Source: Actinomycetota bacterium
GTDB taxonomy: Bacteria > Actinomycetota > Actinomycetes > S36-B12
Length of the DNA stretch: 36,053 nt
Direction: 5' to 3'
NCBI GenBank assembly: GCA_002737125.1
Contig: NSHP01000002.1
Span: 1-36,053 of the forward strand
Under the pieces are notes generated by a model. That model searched no databases and was not told the origin of the DNA. It worked only from the letters and a program-made list of their open reading frames with translations. Within the stretch, counting starts at the first letter, position 1, and every line of letters starts with the position of its first letter. The translations under genes were made by a program, and so were the position numbers. This document shows positions 35,871 to 36,053 of this stretch, piece after piece.

Positions 35871-36053
35871 GTGGGTAGGCGGTTGCGGGTATTGGCGGAC
35901 GAGCATTGTCATCATGTGACTGTGCGTTGTAATAATCGGGATTTTTTGCTGCACCGCAGTCAGTGTCGTGATGTGCTACTCGGGGCGGTGTTTCGGGCCA
36001 AGGCCAGGTATCACTTTGACGTGTATGGGGTGTGTGTGATGAGTAATCATGTG
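35871..36053 (+). mobile_element. 5' part of an HUH Y1 transposase gene (RAYT / IS200-like, COG1943 type), runs off the window
   Basis: An open frame with no stop to the window end: (V)GRRLRVLADEHCHHVTVRCNNRDFLLHRSQCRDVLLGAVFRAKARYHFDVYGVCVMSNHV. It matches the HHVTxRxNxRxxxF ... YCxMxNHVH (HUH) pattern. Candidate starts are TTG 35865, GTG 35868 and GTG 35871. Confidence 0.7.

Overview
Moderately high-GC chromosomal segment of an actinobacterium; gene content and order resemble Mycobacteriales-type loci. About 30 supported CDSs, with no rRNA, tRNA or CRISPR seen. Main blocks: (1) envelope and housekeeping genes: DUF3048 lipoprotein, RDD protein, LIP-family lipase, MaoC dehydratase, DUF3040. 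(2) A minus-strand operon, SAV_6107-like HEPN protein - DnaE2 - DinB, sitting behind a perfect actinobacterial LexA box (TCGAAC-N4-GTTCGA) and a sigmaA-like promoter. (3) A large alpha-glucan block. It joins a methylglucose-lipopolysaccharide-like set (SAM methyltransferase, GH57, hexapeptide acyltransferase, GT4 glucosyltransferase, second methyltransferase, enoyl-CoA hydratase) to glgX, glgP and a 1-nt-overlapping glgE-glgB pair. (4) Thioredoxin-TPR protein, Rrf2 regulator, MeaB, thiolase, methylmalonyl-CoA epimerase, a small membrane ORF, crotonyl-CoA carboxylase/reductase and an acyltransferase-3/SGNH protein. (5) The 5' end of an HUH Y1 (RAYT/IS200-like) transposase running off the right edge. 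The least ordinary content is repeat-related. Two paralogous AbiEi-like wHTH + PD-(D/E)xK (DUF559-like) genes interrupt otherwise syntenic glucan loci. Each is bracketed by hairpin repeats. One family consists of 67-nt near-perfect palindromes whose arms differ by compensatory changes and supply TGA stops to both neighbouring genes. The other is a 23-nt unit present six times in nested inverted pairs. The 740-bp glgP-glgE intergenic region also holds a duplicated ~100-bp module whose substitutions cluster on one codon phase. All calls rest on reading the translations and manual alignment; no database search was possible.
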